Assembly: GCA_040954595.2 (NCBI GenBank)
Contig: CM082589.2
Span: 5,639,186 to 5,703,185 of the forward strand
DNA length: 64,000 bases
DNA from: Balanoglossus misakiensis
Lineage: Eukaryota > Animalia > Hemichordata
Direction: 5' to 3'
The number at the start of each line of letters is the position of its first letter. Positions within the stretch are counted from its first letter, which is position 1. The position numbers were made by a program, and so were the translations under genes. Positions 63,768 through 64,000 of this stretch are shown in pieces. The notes beneath the pieces were generated by a model that saw only the letters and a program-made list of their open reading frames with translations, was not told the DNA's origin and searched no databases.

Positions 63768-64000
63768 TTTCGTTCTGTCTCAATCCATGCCAATTGAGCT
63801 AATTCTGTGCGGTTAACGTATTTTTTTTGACGACGTTTCACACTAGTCCGCGGGCAAACAGGGGAAGAGCGATGAACATGGTTGTTTTTCACGATGCTTG
63901 AGAGACCAGCTCAACCCCCGCGCGCAACTTTCAACCGTCAAACAAGATCATTAGTGGTTCAGCTTACACCACTGATGACGAAAATGACAATGTCTCCCTT

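Overview
Eukaryotic (animal) genomic DNA: GT-AG introns, microsatellites, MITEs, about 40% GC by eye. Gene content and repeats suggest a marine invertebrate deuterostome such as a hemichordate or echinoderm (inference only). Positions 1-31,700 contain no protein-coding exon I can support. They look like a regulatory gene desert with many RFX X-box palindromes, Helentron/HINE-like repeats and microsatellites. Four spliced genes fill the rest, each assembled by hand with consistent intron phases: (1) HM13/signal peptide peptidase, minus strand, 9 coding exons, 382 aa, ending KKDK; (2) an XK-related (XKR) scramblase, plus strand, 6 exons, 952 aa, head-to-head with HM13 with only 185 bp between the ATGs; (3) a type II membrane O-fucosyltransferase-family glycosyltransferase, plus strand, 5 exons, about 455 aa; (4) an orphan GABA-B-like class C GPCR, minus strand, 17 exons, about 780 aa. 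The most interesting observations are a cluster of cell-cycle motifs (3 KEN boxes, D-box-like sequences, CDK and polo-box sites) in the long XKR tail together with CHR hexamers next to its ATG, a promoter-like NF-Y/Sp1 cluster inside that coding exon, back-to-back poly(A) signals between the convergent genes, a GABA-B-like receptor lacking the GABA-binding serines, and two different TTAA-targeting MITEs sharing one target site. No rRNA, tRNA, CRISPR array or recognisable conserved miRNA was seen.
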